64,000 bases of DNA from Klebsormidium nitens. Taxonomy: Eukaryota > Plantae > Klebsormidiophyceae. A model generated the notes under the pieces. The model was given only the letters and a program-made list of their open reading frames with translations, made no database searches and was not told the origin of the DNA. Of the stretch, positions 46,387 through 60,900 are shown piece by piece. Position 1 is the first letter of the stretch; the number at the start of each line of letters is the position of its first letter. The stretch lies in contig DF237390.1 in assembly GCA_000708835.1 (NCBI GenBank), positions 1 to 64,000 on the forward strand, written 5' to 3'. A program made the position numbers and the translations under genes.

Positions 46387-47402
46387 AGCTTAACCGTTCA
46401 ATTTAATAGGCGCAACCTTAACGAGACCGGACTGCGCTTCTCGAGAAGCTAACGAGCTTCGATAACACTTGTACAAAATCTGCGCGAAGTTCACGTCAAA
46501 ACCTTTGCACTAAGTTGCAAGTGATTCTGTTCGGACGACGGTTCAGTCCGCGCCTTTGCTTAGTTGTTGTTTCATTGTTTGGATGCAATGCCAGGCAGGC
46601 GCGAATTGATCATATATACGGGGAGACAAGTTCGGGCCGGCCGCGCTCAACTCATGAACTTAATTAAGCTAGTTGCTGCTTCAAATGCCAGCGGACATTG
46701 ACCTCCGACATGTAGACGTCATGCACGGTGTTCTGCGATCGAGGCAATCTATAAGCAACTTAGCAGCGCCACGGTATATATGTTGACGTTTTCTTCAAGT
46801 TATGATCAGATCCATCAATATAATACACGTTTGGTAAGTTTTGAAATGATGGCCGGCGCTGTCCGAACGTGACGCGTTGGTGCCAGACAATACATTTTCC
46901 AAGCTTCAGATCATCCACTTATAAACATCTTCGGACATGCACTGAGCTTAAACAAGGTCCGGTGCACGAGCTAGTAGCTATCATTACAGAGACTCCGGCC
47001 ATCGTTCGATGCATGCACAGATCAGTGCCGCCCACCGCCCGATCATGCAATGAGCTGGCATGCTCAGCTGACATATCACGTACACAACTTCGCCGTATAT
47101 GTCGACGAAGGCAAAAGTAAAGGTGCTGATCCAATCAAGGTTGGTTGGTACGGAATATAACAAATCTAGCGCCGCAGTGTCTCAAAACGAGCTGACGTTG
47201 TATACAGGATTGCTGCTTGCTTGATTGTGTATCATTGTGATGCCGTCTCTATTCTGGAATTGCTGATGCGTGCAGAAGCGTTTACAGTCTGACTTAGTAC
47301 ATCTGTCGGATCCTTCCCTCCAATCCGCTTGTAATCTGTCCGCTGAGCAGCTACAAGCAACTTGCAACGCCTGCCCTTTCGTACTCAAACAAACCAGGCA
47401 CG

Positions 47403-49281
47403 TCAAATGTTGTCACACAGCACATCAATTATGTGGTTAACCACCCCCTGCCCCGCCGCCTGCTGGACCGGGTCCTTCAAGATGAGCATCTGGTGCGCGT
47501 ACTTTCGCCCAGGGGCACGATGGAACAGCACGTCCACCTTTGTCCACGACACCCGGTGCAATCCCCCGACCATTCTGTCCTCCAAAGCCCGGCACGCCTC
47601 TTCGCTGCTCCACCTGTGCGCGGGCTTCTTTCCCTCACCCGAAGCGACCCCCTTCCCGTCTTTCCCTTTCTTGCTCAAAGCAGCTGTCAGCGCCTCCGAC
47701 AGCTGTCGCGTCAACGGAGGGGCAAAAACGTAGTCAAGCGCAGCCCCCTGAAATGAAGATGTTTCCGAGGTGTGCCTCAGCCCCGGGGTTTCCTCTACGT
47801 GCACAATGTGTGGGTAGCGAGCGCTGAGCCACTCTCGTCGCTCCGCTCGCTCGAGGCACCGCTTCTGGACTTGGTCCAAATCGGTGTCGTAGCGGATGCA
47901 GGACGTTTTCCAACCGAGCGCGGCGTCGTATCTTACGTTGGCGTACAAGTGCCTGCATGGGAGGTGCCTAGTAGTCTAAGCAAGCTTGTACATAGGAAGA
48001 TAGATCTGACAACTGATGAATCCATTCGAAAAAGAAGCACACGTGAACTCATGTGATAACTCGCTGTCGGCCACCTCTTGCAAAAGGGGAACCCAACCAT
48101 CTCGACATAGGGGAAGGCAACTTAGAACCAGCTCAAACCACAATTGAAAAGCGCATGCAAAACCCTACTTTCTCACCTGCTTTCAAGCACCCCACGCGCA
48201 TGCAAACACCTCCATTTTCACCTAATGCAGAGCGCCCCAAGCACCAGCAAACCCCCGGAACCCACCTCGTGCGGAAGGCCCCTAGCGCCGAGACGAACGG
48301 GCGGTCCTTGCAGTCCTTCGACATACTTAGCAGCAGCGGCTCCCCGTCCACATTCCTGTCCCGCAGGAAAAGCTGCTTCAGGGTCCGACCCAAAAACACG
48401 CCCGAGAAGCACGACGCGACGCGCTCGAAGGAATGGACCCCGTGCGCAAATGGCCACTGGCGCCGGCCCCAGACACCCAGGTGGGGCACGGCAACTAGGA
48501 TGAGGTGAGCAGGCTCGAGGCCGGCGATTGTGGGCTGGGGTTTTGGGTCGTCGGACCCGGGCTCTGATGCGAAGTGGCCGAGGAGGTTGCTCTCGGAGGG
48601 ATCTAGCCCGACGCCCACAGGTGTTTGACTATTTGTGACAGTGACGGGCTGATGAGTATTGTAGCTTGGAAGAGAGTCTTCCTCAGTTGAGCGCCAGGTG
48701 GCACCATCTTGTTGGCCGCCATCAACCCCGAGCCCGGACTCAGCTTCCAGCGTCCCGTCAGGCACACCTTTCTGGCTGTCCTGCACCATCTCAACTCTTG
48801 TTGCCCGGTTTGACCCCTTCTCTGCTTCACCATCCTCTCCTCCCCGCTGCTTTTGACATGGTGTCCCCCCAGAATTGCTGTCAACTCTAGTTGCACCACC
48901 CTTCAAAAGCACATGAGCACTCCCCTCCTTTCCAGGCCGGTACAGCAACGCCAGGCAGTAGCGCACAAACAAGCCCCCCAAGGAGTGCGCCACAAACGAG
49001 ATCCTCCGCAGCGAGGGGGTTCGTTTCACCACTTCTAAGACCCCCTCGGCGAGGCGCTTCCCCGCAACGTCGATCCCCCGCATCGTGTTGAAGGACACAT
49101 TGTCCTTCTCTGCATACAGCAGGAAGCTCTGCTGAGGTTCTTTAAGGAGTAGGGATTCCAGATGGTTCCAGTCGTTTGGGTCTGATAGGATGCCGTTTGC
49201 CAGCACGATAAGGTGTTCGGGGTCGGATGTGCTGGGGCAAGGGGCGCTAGGGGTACCCCGAGCGGCGCCTGTGCAGACCAT
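47403..49281 (-). CDS. DUF676 / ROG1-like putative serine esterase-lipase (alpha/beta hydrolase); exons 49281-48266, 47952-47403
   Basis: HLIVLANGILSDPNDW, TMRGIDVAGKRLAEGV, nucleophile elbow ISFVAHSLGGLFVRY, LEPAHLILVAVPHLGV, PLLLSMSKDC and LYANVRYDAALGWKTSCIR. One GT-AG intron, phase 2. Confidence 0.88.
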
Positions 49282-49644
49282 GCTTGGAGCAGGGGGGGCT
49301 TAGCAATTGGGGCTCAGATCCATATGAGTGGTCCTGCACGGCGATAGCAGGAGCTCTAGCCCATCCCTTCTCCGGCTCAGGCTGCATGCACCGGTACAGT
49401 GTCGACCTAGCAAGTCCGCAATCCCCACTGCGCAGTGCACTCCCCCTTAGATGAACCCGAACTTGAAGCCGTCCGATGAAGCCAAACTTTCCATCTTGCG
49501 GTCCATATTCGTCAAATTTGAGTCGGATGGCAACATAGGAAGTGGGCGCCTTTCTAGTTGCTAGCGTTGCTCTGGCTGAAGCAAGCAGGAATGGGCAGAG
49601 CCTCAGCATATACACGGTGTCGGTGCCGAAGGATCGTTGCGCGC
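49282..49644. promoter_or_regulatory. Putative bidirectional promoter region (DUF676 / F-box)
   Basis: Divergent start codons at 49281 (-) and 49645 (+). Confidence 0.45.
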
Positions 49645-50997
49645 ATGGCAAACAGCAAACAATTGTCCGCAGAGGGGCTGCTCTCCCTCCCGGGGGAGCT
49701 GCTTTGCAGGGTCTTTGCCCCCCTCTCGCAAGAAAATCTGAAGGCGCTGTCCCTGGTGAACAAAGCCAGCCTGCAGGCGGTCAAGTCAGCGTACCGAAAT
49801 GTGGTTGTCAGAGCAGGGCGGCTCAGAAGCGGAAAGAAATGGAATCAGAAGGTGCTGGAACGGGTAGCGGCCCGCTATTCTGGGGCGCGACGCCTCAGTT
49901 TCACCACCCCTCATGGGGAAGTAGACCTGGAGGCGCTCGCTGCACTCATGCACAAAATGCAAGGCTTGGAGGATCTGGACGTGAGCAACCTGCGGGGGGT
50001 GCATTACGGCAACCTGTTCAGTGAGGGAACTCCCCCCCCGTACAAGAGGCTCAAAAGCCTGACGATTACGCAGCCTTTGTTGCCGTTTGATGCGCCCTCG
50101 AGGGATTCTGAAGGGGGGGAAGCAATGGCCAAAAAGCTAGGGCTACAGGTGTTCTCCTTAGCGGAAGCGCTCCCGCATCTCGAGTATCTCAGTATTGTGC
50201 GGCCTGGAGAACCTTCCTCTTATGACGTTTTCTCATGGTTTAAAAGAAAGTGTGAGCATGGAGACGGGAGGGATAGAGATTCTGAGAAAGCCTTCTTCAT
50301 GGAGCTTCGCGGATTCTCTCCCTTGATGGACTTTGCGTCGGGGTCAGCAGTGTTCTCGCATCTGAGGGAGATTTATCTTGAGCGGTGCATCATAGATGAC
50401 TTTGTGAGCCTAGCCCAAAAGTGCCCTTCTCTGGTCTCCCTGTCCCTGACGAACGTTCGCCACAAGAAGGAGGTCTACTTCTGCGACTGCGCAATGCCCC
50501 AGTTGGAAAGGCTGAAGATCATCTCGTCCAGTCAACTTTCCGGTTGCCAAAAGCACGGAGCGAGCGAAGCCGGCTTGGAAGACTGCATAGAGTCACTAAA
50601 GTTCCCAAGATTGACAAGCATGTGCTTTAGACGGTCAATCCACAAGGGGTTCAAGGGCGTCGCAGACCAAATCACAGGTCTTGAGCTCAATCAATGCGAT
50701 ACGCTTGATGCTTTGAACGAGATTTCACTCTGCAGGCAGCTTAGAAAGCTGCGTGTAGGGATCGTGTCCAGTGCAACATGGAGCAGTCAAACTCGCTTCT
50801 TGCAAACATTCCTAGAAATCCAGCAGAGCTGTCGAGATCTGCAAAGGGTCGAGGTCGACTTTCTGTCTTCAGCCCCGTCTGATTCGCTGCTGAGGGGATT
50901 GGCAGACACGTTCTCAGGACTTGTTCCATTCTTCTGTACGGTTCGGAGGAGGGAGGAGAGCAGCATCCTTGCAATAGGGCGGGGCAAGCCTGAGTGA
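49645..50997 (+). CDS. Intronless F-box / RNI-like LRR protein
   Basis: Long ORF. The N-terminal LLSLPGELLCRVFAPLSQENLKALSLVNK is F-box-like and is followed by LxxLxL repeats (LEDLDVSNL, LKSLTI, LEYLSI, LREIYL, LVSLSLTN, LERLKI). Confidence 0.75.
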   Translation: MANSKQLSAEGLLSLPGELLCRVFAPLSQENLKALSLVNKASLQAVKSAYRNVVVRAGRLRSGKKWNQKVLERVAARYSGARRLSFTTPHGEVDLEALAALMHKMQGLEDLDVSNLRGVHYGNLFSEGTPPPYKRLKSLTITQPLLPFDAPSRDSEGGEAMAKKLGLQVFSLAEALPHLEYLSIVRPGEPSSYDVFSWFKRKCEHGDGRDRDSEKAFFMELRGFSPLMDFASGSAVFSHLREIYLERCIIDDFVSLAQKCPSLVSLSLTNVRHKKEVYFCDCAMPQLERLKIISSSQLSGCQKHGASEAGLEDCIESLKFPRLTSMCFRRSIHKGFKGVADQITGLELNQCDTLDALNEISLCRQLRKLRVGIVSSATWSSQTRFLQTFLEIQQSCRDLQRVEVDFLSSAPSDSLLRGLADTFSGLVPFFCTVRRREESSILAIGRGKPE

Positions 50998-51904
50998 AAC
51001 AACCTCGTGAGTTAACCGTGACCACTACCCTCAGAGCTTCCAATCCGGCTTGATTGAGGCCCCGTTTTGTAAGGATCATTGCAGTGACTCGAATATTTGT
51101 ACTCACTGCAGTCACTCACTGTTGGGCGGTTTGACCCTGATACTCATAGATCATGACTTTAGAGTAGCTTGAATCGCATGATGCATGTAGAGTCATGGCT
51201 CTAATTTGCAACTCATGCCGCTGAACGTTCTGCTCATGGATTATACATATGTTTCGACATTGAACAACGTAATCAGTGCCATCCATAGCAAGCTTCAATT
51301 GCCAACGGTGTATACAAGACATGCTTGAGGTCGGATGTCCATATGAAAGGTGTCGAGCTGGCCATGCTCGTTTAATACATATGGTCGCAACACAGCGTCG
51401 AAAACTGAAACGATCGTACGTGCGCACGAGGGCCGCTGTAATGTTGCAATTTCAATGCATGCGCGCCGCACATGCACAATTGTCGACCGATGGTTGCACC
51501 CGGCCTCTCACATATGTATACGACGTACGCATATTGATAGTTGAACTCTGGCCTGCCAATCCGGCATTTGCAATCACATATGTTTATCGTATACTCCGAC
51601 ACCAATGTCTGCATTTATAGGTCCGGCTTTGCGCTGTACGGGCAGCAACATTGCCCCTGCCCTCAGACCGTCCGGTCGCGGTCTCCTGAACGACGATACT
51701 TGTACAAGGGTGCACATGACTCGCTACAGCAGCTCTACGCTTCGCAATCACTTATGATGCTCCAAGTTGCTCCCAATGAGCTCTTGCATGGCATGAACAA
51801 ATGTACCAGAGCGTGCCTGCAACGTTCCGTTTAATTCGCATGGTCACCTGCCGCTGCCTTGTCGAACGTTTCTTACCGCAAGGATTGTTGGCCCGGTACA
51901 AGCG

Positions 51905-54900
51905 TCACAAGCTGCCAAGCAAAACGCTCCCGCTCGCGGCTGCCACTTGCGGCAGCTCCAATCGCCTGCACCAACATGTGGTTCACCCTTTTTACAGTTT
52001 GAAGAAAAACGCTCGTTCTAAGAACCTCGCTAGAATAGGCGACTGTGCTTCTGACCATTTCCTACTTTGGTTCTGCCCTCCTGAGTGTCGAAGTCGTTTG
52101 GCTTGCGCCCAGTATGGTCTGATCGGACCGGCAAGACTCTTGTCGTGCTCCAGCCAAGTAATCATTCTTAAGCCCTTAAGTCTAGGCCACCTCGGGCAAG
52201 GCGAGTATTGACGCCCGCCAACAAATGCTCACGGAAGATTTAAACGCAGAGTAGAGAGAAATCATATAAGGGATCGCGGCGACCTCACCCGTTCTTGAGG
52301 GTACACGCTGCGTCGCCGTTCAGTGCGTCCTTTAGCACGAGGCCATCCCACAAGCCGCATCTGCATAAAAGCGCCAACGCTTTTTCAGATGCAGATCGGC
52401 GCTGCCTTTTCCATCTGACGAGCTTCTGGTTTTGGCGCTCATCAACTCCGTTTTTCAACGGTTTAAGAAGCGCAAGTATCCTTGATGCTTTGAAGCAGCG
52501 ACAAAGCTGAACGCTAGAGACACTCAACAGGAGTACGAAATAGACATTGGAGGATTCGTCATACCAAGTCAAGGCCGAGGTCTCGAATGCAGGCATCAAA
52601 TGTCTGCTGGGCTTGCGACGAGCTCTGGTGTCGATTTGGGATTACTTCTAGCTTCATACCGGCCTACCGGACACGCTCGTCGTTCATGTGAGGTATCTGG
52701 CTGGGAAAAAGCCCTTTGCTACGGATGCTCAAGAGAAAAGACGAACAAACAAAAGTTGATTAATTCCGATCCAAAAATCTGCAACCCAGATTGGCCGAGC
52801 AGCCCACCTGCTTAAGTCGATGGTGATGGACGCAGCGGATGCCGCGCAGTTGAGCACAACGATGGCCACCTGTGAGTCGGTCCTCCGCAAAAACCTGCAG
52901 ATAACTCGATGATATACAGTTGGAACACCAGTCATAGAAGCTGAGTCAGGTGGAAGTTCGATTGGACGGGCCTACAGACTAGTTTCGCGTCGCAGGAAGC
53001 TCTATGCCGTTGCCCCTTCGTCTGAGACTAGAATATTTCCTATCTGCTTTTGCGACATGATCTGCCGAGGATTTTAAGGTGGAGCCGGGAAAAGAAGAAA
53101 GAAACAAAATCTGCCAGGTTCCTCGTTCAGCAAGGGCGACCACAACATCCAAATCAAAAGAAAGCAGAAAGTTGCAGCCATTGCAGTTGGGTAGAGCGAA
53201 CTTCGGTGTACGCAATTGGGGTTGTATTTCATATAGACGGGGTTCAAATTCAAATATTCTAGACTGGACGACGTCTTTGTGCCTGAAACCTTTTTATGCT
53301 ATCCTTTAACCCGTCTGTAAGCAAAATGGGTCCCCAAGAAAGCCCTGCAGCGACGCATGACACAGATGGAATGATAGGAGTCCATCTTGTAACGAGCTTG
53401 AGAAAGGACGTGTCTCATGGTTGACGTCCGTTCAGCTTCCGGTCCACCCAATGTCCTGAGACTTTCTGAACGGTGAGCGTTTCTCAGCAGATAGCAAAGA
53501 TGATCAGGACGAAGTCATGCTTACGTCATGTGCGTGTTGCTGTTGCCAAGGAGCTGCATGCTTCCGTACATCAAAGCCGGGCTGCTTCGCCGCAATCGAA
53601 CCTGCAGTTGAACAGTAAAGGATGGCTTACAAAGCACGAAAAACGGCTTCGGAAGAATAAAGACTGGCTTAGAAGATTGAAAGATAGCTTACGAACACGC
53701 AGCCGGGAGTGCGCTCCACAAATTGAAGCGTTTAACCTACTATTGTGACTTGCTCCAACAAGGGGCACCTCTGTGTTCTCCTCCAGGAGTCCGTTGCCCT
53801 GAAAGAATACGCTGCTTCGTTTCCAGTACTGAGAATGCAACCTCACTTTATCACAGTAATCAGCTTAGACATCCCGCCAGTTAACCCGCCCTCCACCTCT
53901 CCTAACTATTCTCTCAACTCCATTTCAGGGAAAACCAAGCGGTTACACAAACTTTTGCGAGCCATAATTTGGCACCATGGTCCTGAACCCCTTCCCCCGG
54001 GCCAAGGAGACGGCTTCGGTGCAACTTAACCCAACATATCAGTCTCAGAATAGCATCTCAGTGAACTTAAAAGCACGAGGATGAAAGCGTATTTGGAATT
54101 GGTCAGAATCGGGTCACTTCTCACATCAAAAAAGCATTGTTTCGTTCCCACTCCACTTTCTCCGACGAACATTTTCCTACGTTTTAGGCCCTTCTCACCA
54201 GCTGCGCCGTCTGTTGGAATTTCCGGTCGTTCTCAGGGGTGTGGTCAAAGGCGAGCGGCATCCGCATGGCGGTGTCCCCACGAGGGCCGCCGGGCTCGCC
54301 CTTCATCCCCGCCTCATCGCCTGGCAAACTCCGCAGTCAGAGTCAAGGGGCCTTCTGTGATTGCATCTCTACTTTTTCTCTTGCTTTGCTCATGAAGAAA
54401 CGCAATGAGGGTCAAGAGGCGTTTTGAGATTGCCTCTCTCCTTTTGCCCTTAGTTTGCTTTCAAGTTTCCATGGTTGAGTAGCCAATTCAAACGCTCAGC
54501 TTCCGCGTGAGAGAGGCTCTGTGCCAAAGAACTGCTAAGGGTAATGGTCGGTGGGCTGCCGTTAGATTTACTTCCAGAAGTTCGCATCGCATCGGCTTGG
54601 GCGGGCCGCTCGTGACTATCGTGTGATGTTTGGGAGAAAGTGTGTGGCCTTTGCACCGTTTCTGAGTCTGACCTCGTGCTGATTCTCTTTTTCTGTCCCT
54701 ACAAAGTTTTCGACTAGATGGTCACCAGCAAAAGCCGCCATAAGGGTGCAGCACGGGCCCCGTTCCCGGTTGGATGACCCACCGGCGCTTTCAAGTGTCG
54801 TGCAAAAGGTAAACCCCAAAAGCTTTGCGCACGCATTGCTTGCACATAAGCCAACCTATCCAAGAGCGGGAGCGTACCGTAATAGAGGCAGGGGACGCCT

Positions 54901-57900
54901 CGCATGGTGAGCAAGAAGAGCATGGCCACAAAGAAATGCTCCGGGGTCTTGAGCTGCAAAATGGAGGAGGCAGAAAATCAACAATGGTGGTCGTAGCAAT
55001 CTGCACCTACGAGGAGAACATTCCGGCTGTCCGTGACTACCCTCCTGAATGCCATGACTGAATATCATAGTCCGATGCCGGCACAATAATAAGCTCCGGC
55101 CGGAGCGTTCCCGGTCGTAGCCATAACTATTTGAAAGCTGTCCGCGCATGCGCCTCAAATCACAGCACCAGAACCGCCGCAACCCCCAGAATAAAGGCAC
55201 CTTGCCGTCGCTTCCAGTTTCCTACATCGTTTCGAGGCCCTTTGCATCGTTTCTCTGGAGATAGAAACGATGCATTGAAACTCTTCCCCAGGCTCGTTGT
55301 TTTGGCTGAAGCCCTAACAGCCAGAATTGCATCAGTATCGAGTTCAGAGCGGAGTGTGTATCGCAGCCAAAATAGAACCGGCCGTCCGAAAGACGCACCT
55401 TGGACGCAAGGCGCGGCACGTCGTGGTTGCCGACGAAGTTGAGCAGGGCGTCCAGAGAGCCGTACATGTCCAGCTCCTGCGGAGGACGCAAGCGTGACGT
55501 CAGCAGTGCATGATTAGTGACGACAGGTGCGGAGATGCTGACGTCAGTTGGAGTGAATTACCCTCGAGATGGCATTGCCATGATGCCAGCCCGTGGGAAG
55601 TCCTATGAACTAATGGATGGCATGCCTCTAGAAATGATCCTGAAATCCTGAACACATCTCCAGCAAATCAAGCGGAACGAGATAAGAAGCCGTTCGCTGT
55701 TTCATCAAACAGACCCGAAGAATCTTTGGCGCAGTGCTTAAGACATTTCTGTGCCACAACATCTGCGAAGAAGGAACCGGAACTCTTCGTAGAAGCCTTT
55801 CCTAATCGCAGAAGGCTGAGTGGTGACCCAGAACGGGTAGCGTTTCAAAGACTCGTCACTTCAATATTCAATACATAATGGGCAACTGAAGCGGATGCTT
55901 TCGTTTCCCCAAAAGAAAGCCCTCTCTCCCGAGCCGCTTGCTTGAGTTGCTTACCCGTTGCACGCAGTGCGCCAGCTCGAAGTAGTTGGCGTCGTTCAGG
56001 CTGCTCCAGATGGCCTGCATCAAGCGAGATCAGGGTTTATGATCATCGGACAATTCGTCGAGTCCTTTTGTATTTCCCGAAATCTTTGATGGCAAAGCAC
56101 TTGCTATTGCGTATACGACAGATCAAGGATCATCTTTTTGGCGGCAAGTCTAAAGCGCGTCCTTGATTGTGTTAGCATCCATACCAAAGCCTGCTGTGGT
56201 TGATCCGAGTTCGTACGCAAAAATGATGCTTAGGTTCCAGTGATATACTTGAAAAAAGTGCTCGATTCTGTCGCGTACGACAGAGTTGGCTGAAAAGACA
56301 AGAACAGGAGAATGGGAGAGTGGAAGAGCGCCTGGTGAAAGTCTGGCAGAACGAGAAGGAATCAAACTGCCAAGACAGTCTAGCGTGTATGAGAGAAGAT
56401 AGAAGTCGGCAGATCGCCTCACCTTGGAGAGCTGGTAATTCGTACACGTGTCGAGAAGGCCGGGACCCACCCACTTGTGGTAGTCGCCTGTGTAGGAAAA
56501 GGCAGACTTCAATTTCGTACCGGTACAGACGCTCGCAACGCCATTCGGCGGTTCAGCAAGCGACTTCCTTTTTCCGGTTGATAACGCTTCCAGTCGTCGG
56601 ACCATTCATGCATTGACCGGGAATTCCCCTCTGCCCTTGCACAACACTGAAGGCTTTCAAGGAGTCCCTGCCTTCCTCGAGCATCATACACAAAGAATGT
56701 CGCTTTAATTCCGCTAAGGCACTTCGCAGCGCTTCCAAGGCCCGAATTCGTACGGCGAGAAATGCAGCGGACCAAGCTACCTTTTGAGCAAGTCAAGCTG
56801 GTGCAAAACAAAATTTAGCGACTCTCAACCCCTTCTTTCATTCACTATTTGGGAGAGCGCACTGCCTCTTCTCCAAGCCCTGAAAACACCGAACCACCAC
56901 TGTCCGGGAACTCGTTTTCGCAGATAAGAATCACCGAACAGTGTACCAGATTTTCGAATCAACGCCGGGCTAAGGGATGCTTACCATGGATGATCTCGCC
57001 CAAAGTGATCGAGTCCGCCCGTGCTTTCTGCACGCAATGAATTGTCTAACTTTTGCTTTTGATTGTTCCCTTCGATGAAACCGCTTCCCGACAATCCTGA
57101 ATCGAACCTCTCATATGTGGAGTTTTATATGCTCCACACCGAGTTTGGGAGTGAGCTCTCAAACCAACCCCATATATGCCCCAGCAGTTTTCTGTCTTGA
57201 TGCTGTCTCGTATCACGTACGGAACGATGCTGCTCTTTGAAGAAGTCAAGAGTCGTTTGCTGGGTCGGATCGACAAGCCGGATGTCAGAGCACCGCGAAA
57301 AAAAACCTTCGTTATGTTAGAAAAGCCGGCACAGCAGGCAAGACAACGAGCAGGTAGATACAACGGAGGGGAACAGAATCATATGTTCTCAAGAAGAGAC
57401 TTTGCCGGTCTTATCCTCCGACATCCCCGCCCGTATCCGCGCCTCTCTAGTAGGATCCGGTGTCCAAGTCCAGACCGGAAACTAGAGGTTTGACAGTCAA
57501 GAAGCGTTGCTTAAAGGTGTGAGTATGAACTGCAATCTGCTTCTCTCAAACGAAGAAGGGTAAGACCAGATCGTTCCGCTTCGGGTTCCGCTGCAGACCT
57601 TGCACACCGGCCGGAATGCCGCCCAGAACTCCGGCTCAATCTCGTGGGCCACGTCCAGCCGCCAGCCGTCGATGCCGACCTTGCCGAGCCAGAAGCGCGC
57701 GACAGAAAAGATGTGCTCGCGCACCTGAAAAAAAAGTCCGCATGATGAGGGCGCACTGCGAAGAAACCTTCTGCAAATAGGCATTTTCGCGCCATATTGA
57801 CGTTCGCTGACTTTAGCTGTCTTCCAAAGTTGGTGCGCGGATGGCCTTCTCATGCAAATCCTCGTTCATCCGGTGTGAGCTACAAAAGGTGCGCACGACG

Positions 57901-60900
57901 CGCAGCCTCGGCATTGTGGTGGAAGAAACCCAAGTCGTGTAGGAGGGCGGTTACTCGCTCTGTTGATCCAACAAGGTTTCGACTGTGACTTTGCGAGCCG
58001 TAAAATCAGGGTGGCAGGTCCTCCTAGCTTCTTGAGTCACTCACCTGCTGGTGCATTTCACAAAAGACTGACCCTCCTTTAGACGGTGATAGATCTTAGT
58101 GTCGTTCCAGAGTCCAATGACACAGCGACTTACATCATTGTTCTTCAAGTTGAGACGGGGAAGCGCGGCGTGCCCTTCCCAGGCGTCGTAAGCAAACGGG
58201 TCGCCGAGAGGGGACTTGCCCGGTCTCACTCGGTACCTGAAGCAACGAAGGACATAAGCTTTGCGCCGAACATATGACGCTTTGCAAATAATAAGCCCAC
58301 AAAAAGCGAAAGAGGGGCCATAACAATCGCACGATCGGGGGCTGTCGGGCGATGGGGGCTACTTCGAGCTCCGAGTTGGTGCTCGATGCCAACCACAAAA
58401 CGGGACCCTAAAGCTTGCTGGCGAGCTTTTGAGAATTTATCAAAGAGGGTCGGCAGGTCCTTAACTCCTCTAGCAACGGTGCGTGATGACTGTCCGCTGC
58501 TTGTCTAGATCAAGCTGCTGATGTCAACCCTATCCGTGCTGCTTCTGAGCATTGCGGTTCCGCAAGAAACAAGCAGGTTGCTTTTTTTCAAAAAAGCGAC
58601 CTACACACCCGAATCAACAAATACTTGGCCGGCAGAAGCATTCTCGTCCGATAAGATAAGAAAATATCAACGTGTTTTCAGTTTGCAGCTGTTGGAATCG
58701 ATTCGACGCTACGCTCTTGATGGTGGTATAAACATGTGGGGAGCACATATGTAGCGATTCAGTGAAGACGGAATAAAGCAACTGCCAGGACTGAAGTGTC
58801 ACCCGGTTCATAAAACCGGTGATTGGCCTCCAAAGGCTCGCGCCCGTGAACGCTTGTCTCAAGGCGTTTCTCGTAACCCCTCAAAGGAAGGCAGAAAAAG
58901 ATGAGAAGCAATTTCCAGCTTACCAGTCTGCATACTGGCTGTTCGTTCCCTTTTTCAGCAGGTCCTCAAATGCGAAGAACCTTCGTCCCGTGTGATTGAA
59001 CACGCCGTCAACAATCACTCGGATGCCCCGGGCGTGGAGATCGTCCACTACCTGCTTGAAAAGGGCGACCTGCACAGGAGTGCGGAGCTCTACGTCAATA
59101 ACCAGACAATTACGATTCTTTGCGTCCAACCGGCCATCGGGTTTCACTGCTCCGACCATGGTTTCTGATCGTGAACCCTGCGATCGACGACAAGGAAGGC
59201 ATCGGACGGCCCAAGATTAGGACCGGGCTCATAGAGTCTGGAATCCGATGGCAAGTCTTACGCAAACAGCTGTAATCTTTCTGCAGAGCAATCCGGGTCT
59301 GTCGCTCCTCGTTCCAGGCAGGGCTTATTCTTCCATCCGGTCGTGGTTTAAACCCTACCTTGAGCCCTCAACCTGTGAAAGGTTCATTGGTTTCGCGTTC
59401 CAAGTCAACATGACGTTTTGTCGCTGACTCATCACCGAAGCTGTGAACCAGGAATTTAAGAATCACAGGAGTTTGCGTGTTCCAAGAGGTTGATTATGTC
59501 GCCACGTCAACACGTCCGCAGATCTTGCTGTTCAAAAAGCGGACGACTGTACGGTACGAGTGAGCAGAATCCAACAGCACGCGGATCCTAGATCGTTGCT
59601 AGAACTTACGTCTCCCAGTCGCCTGTCGATCTTGAAGTAGTCCGCAGTGTCGTAGCCATGGGTGCTGCTCTCAAAGAGCGGCCCTGCGCAAGGATAGACA
59701 AGCTGGATTTGGACTCATCTGCGACATTGGGCACATGGAGATGGATGTACTGAAACCTGCACACTCGCGGAGCAACTCTGAGCTGCATAATCCGACAAAA
59801 AGCTGAGGGAGACGTTTCAGGATAATTGTCTCGTTCCTTTCTCAACTACGGTCTGAAAGCTAGCAGCTACCGAGTTACTTCGTTTACTTTGAGAAGCTAC
59901 CTCTACCGACCGCACGACTATCTTAGTCGGCCCTTTAAGCCTGGTTCACTAAAAGCATGGTGAAAAAAGGCTGTTGAATTCCGTTTGGACTGAAGTCAAA
60001 CCACTTCTCTCGAGTTTCTAAGTGAATGTCTCGCTCACATGTTGCAAACACAACCGAGATGGCATGCACAAACTCGCCTTAAGAACCATTTTTTGGGGTA
60101 AGACAAATGTTCCAAAAGATAAAAAAGAAGGCCTAGCTTACCGAAGTAGACGGTGTTGACTCCAAGCTCTTCGAGGTGCGGATACCTGAGATGCAAGCGG
60201 ATGCTCCGGTCAACGGAACGAAAAGTCTAGTACTTTTGACGACTTTTTGAGCGTGCCTAACGTGCCTTCGTTGAAAGGAACGATCGTTGACTTCCCTTCC
60301 CAGATACATAGTTGGGAGGATAGCAAAGAAGAACGCACAACTTTCGTCAGGAGAGAGTAGAGGCAAAAGGTTGTATTCTTGCCACAGCAAAACCCAGAAC
60401 AAACTCACCATTGCGCAAGCTCTTGCAACTTGTTCCCAACTGGACCAGTGCCGTCGTTCGGCTCGTCCTCAACTCCTGCAAAAGAGGATGACGATAAGTA
60501 AACTTAAGCCGTCTCCAGAAGGCAGGGGTGAACTTGAAAGGCCGTGATCCGGGGCAAGACAGCCGCATGCATTCTCGAAATTTGGAACATTTTGCCTATT
60601 GTTTCCAGAAGGTTTGTAAAGGAGCCCCTGCAGGAACGGGTTGATCAAATCTCCTAACTCAGGTGCTAAAGGTTTGCTCCTTTACACAAAGGAAGACTCC
60701 AGCGAAATCGTGAGAGCGTACTTCGACTCAAAAAACTGACCAACAGACATCTGTAAGAAAGGAAGGGAAGATGACGCACCAAAGAAGCCTAGCGTCTGGA
60801 TATGGTAGACGACCGACTCCCTGAACCATGACGGAATGCCTGTCTCGATCTCTGTGCTGCTCTGGCCCCCAGTGTCCGTCTTCTTTCGCACGGAGGTTTT

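Noticed and set aside
55485-57790. Possible ghost acceptors in GH13 introns (~55530-55550, ~57745-57760)
   Set aside because: Similarity to the real acceptor regions is too short to distinguish from chance.
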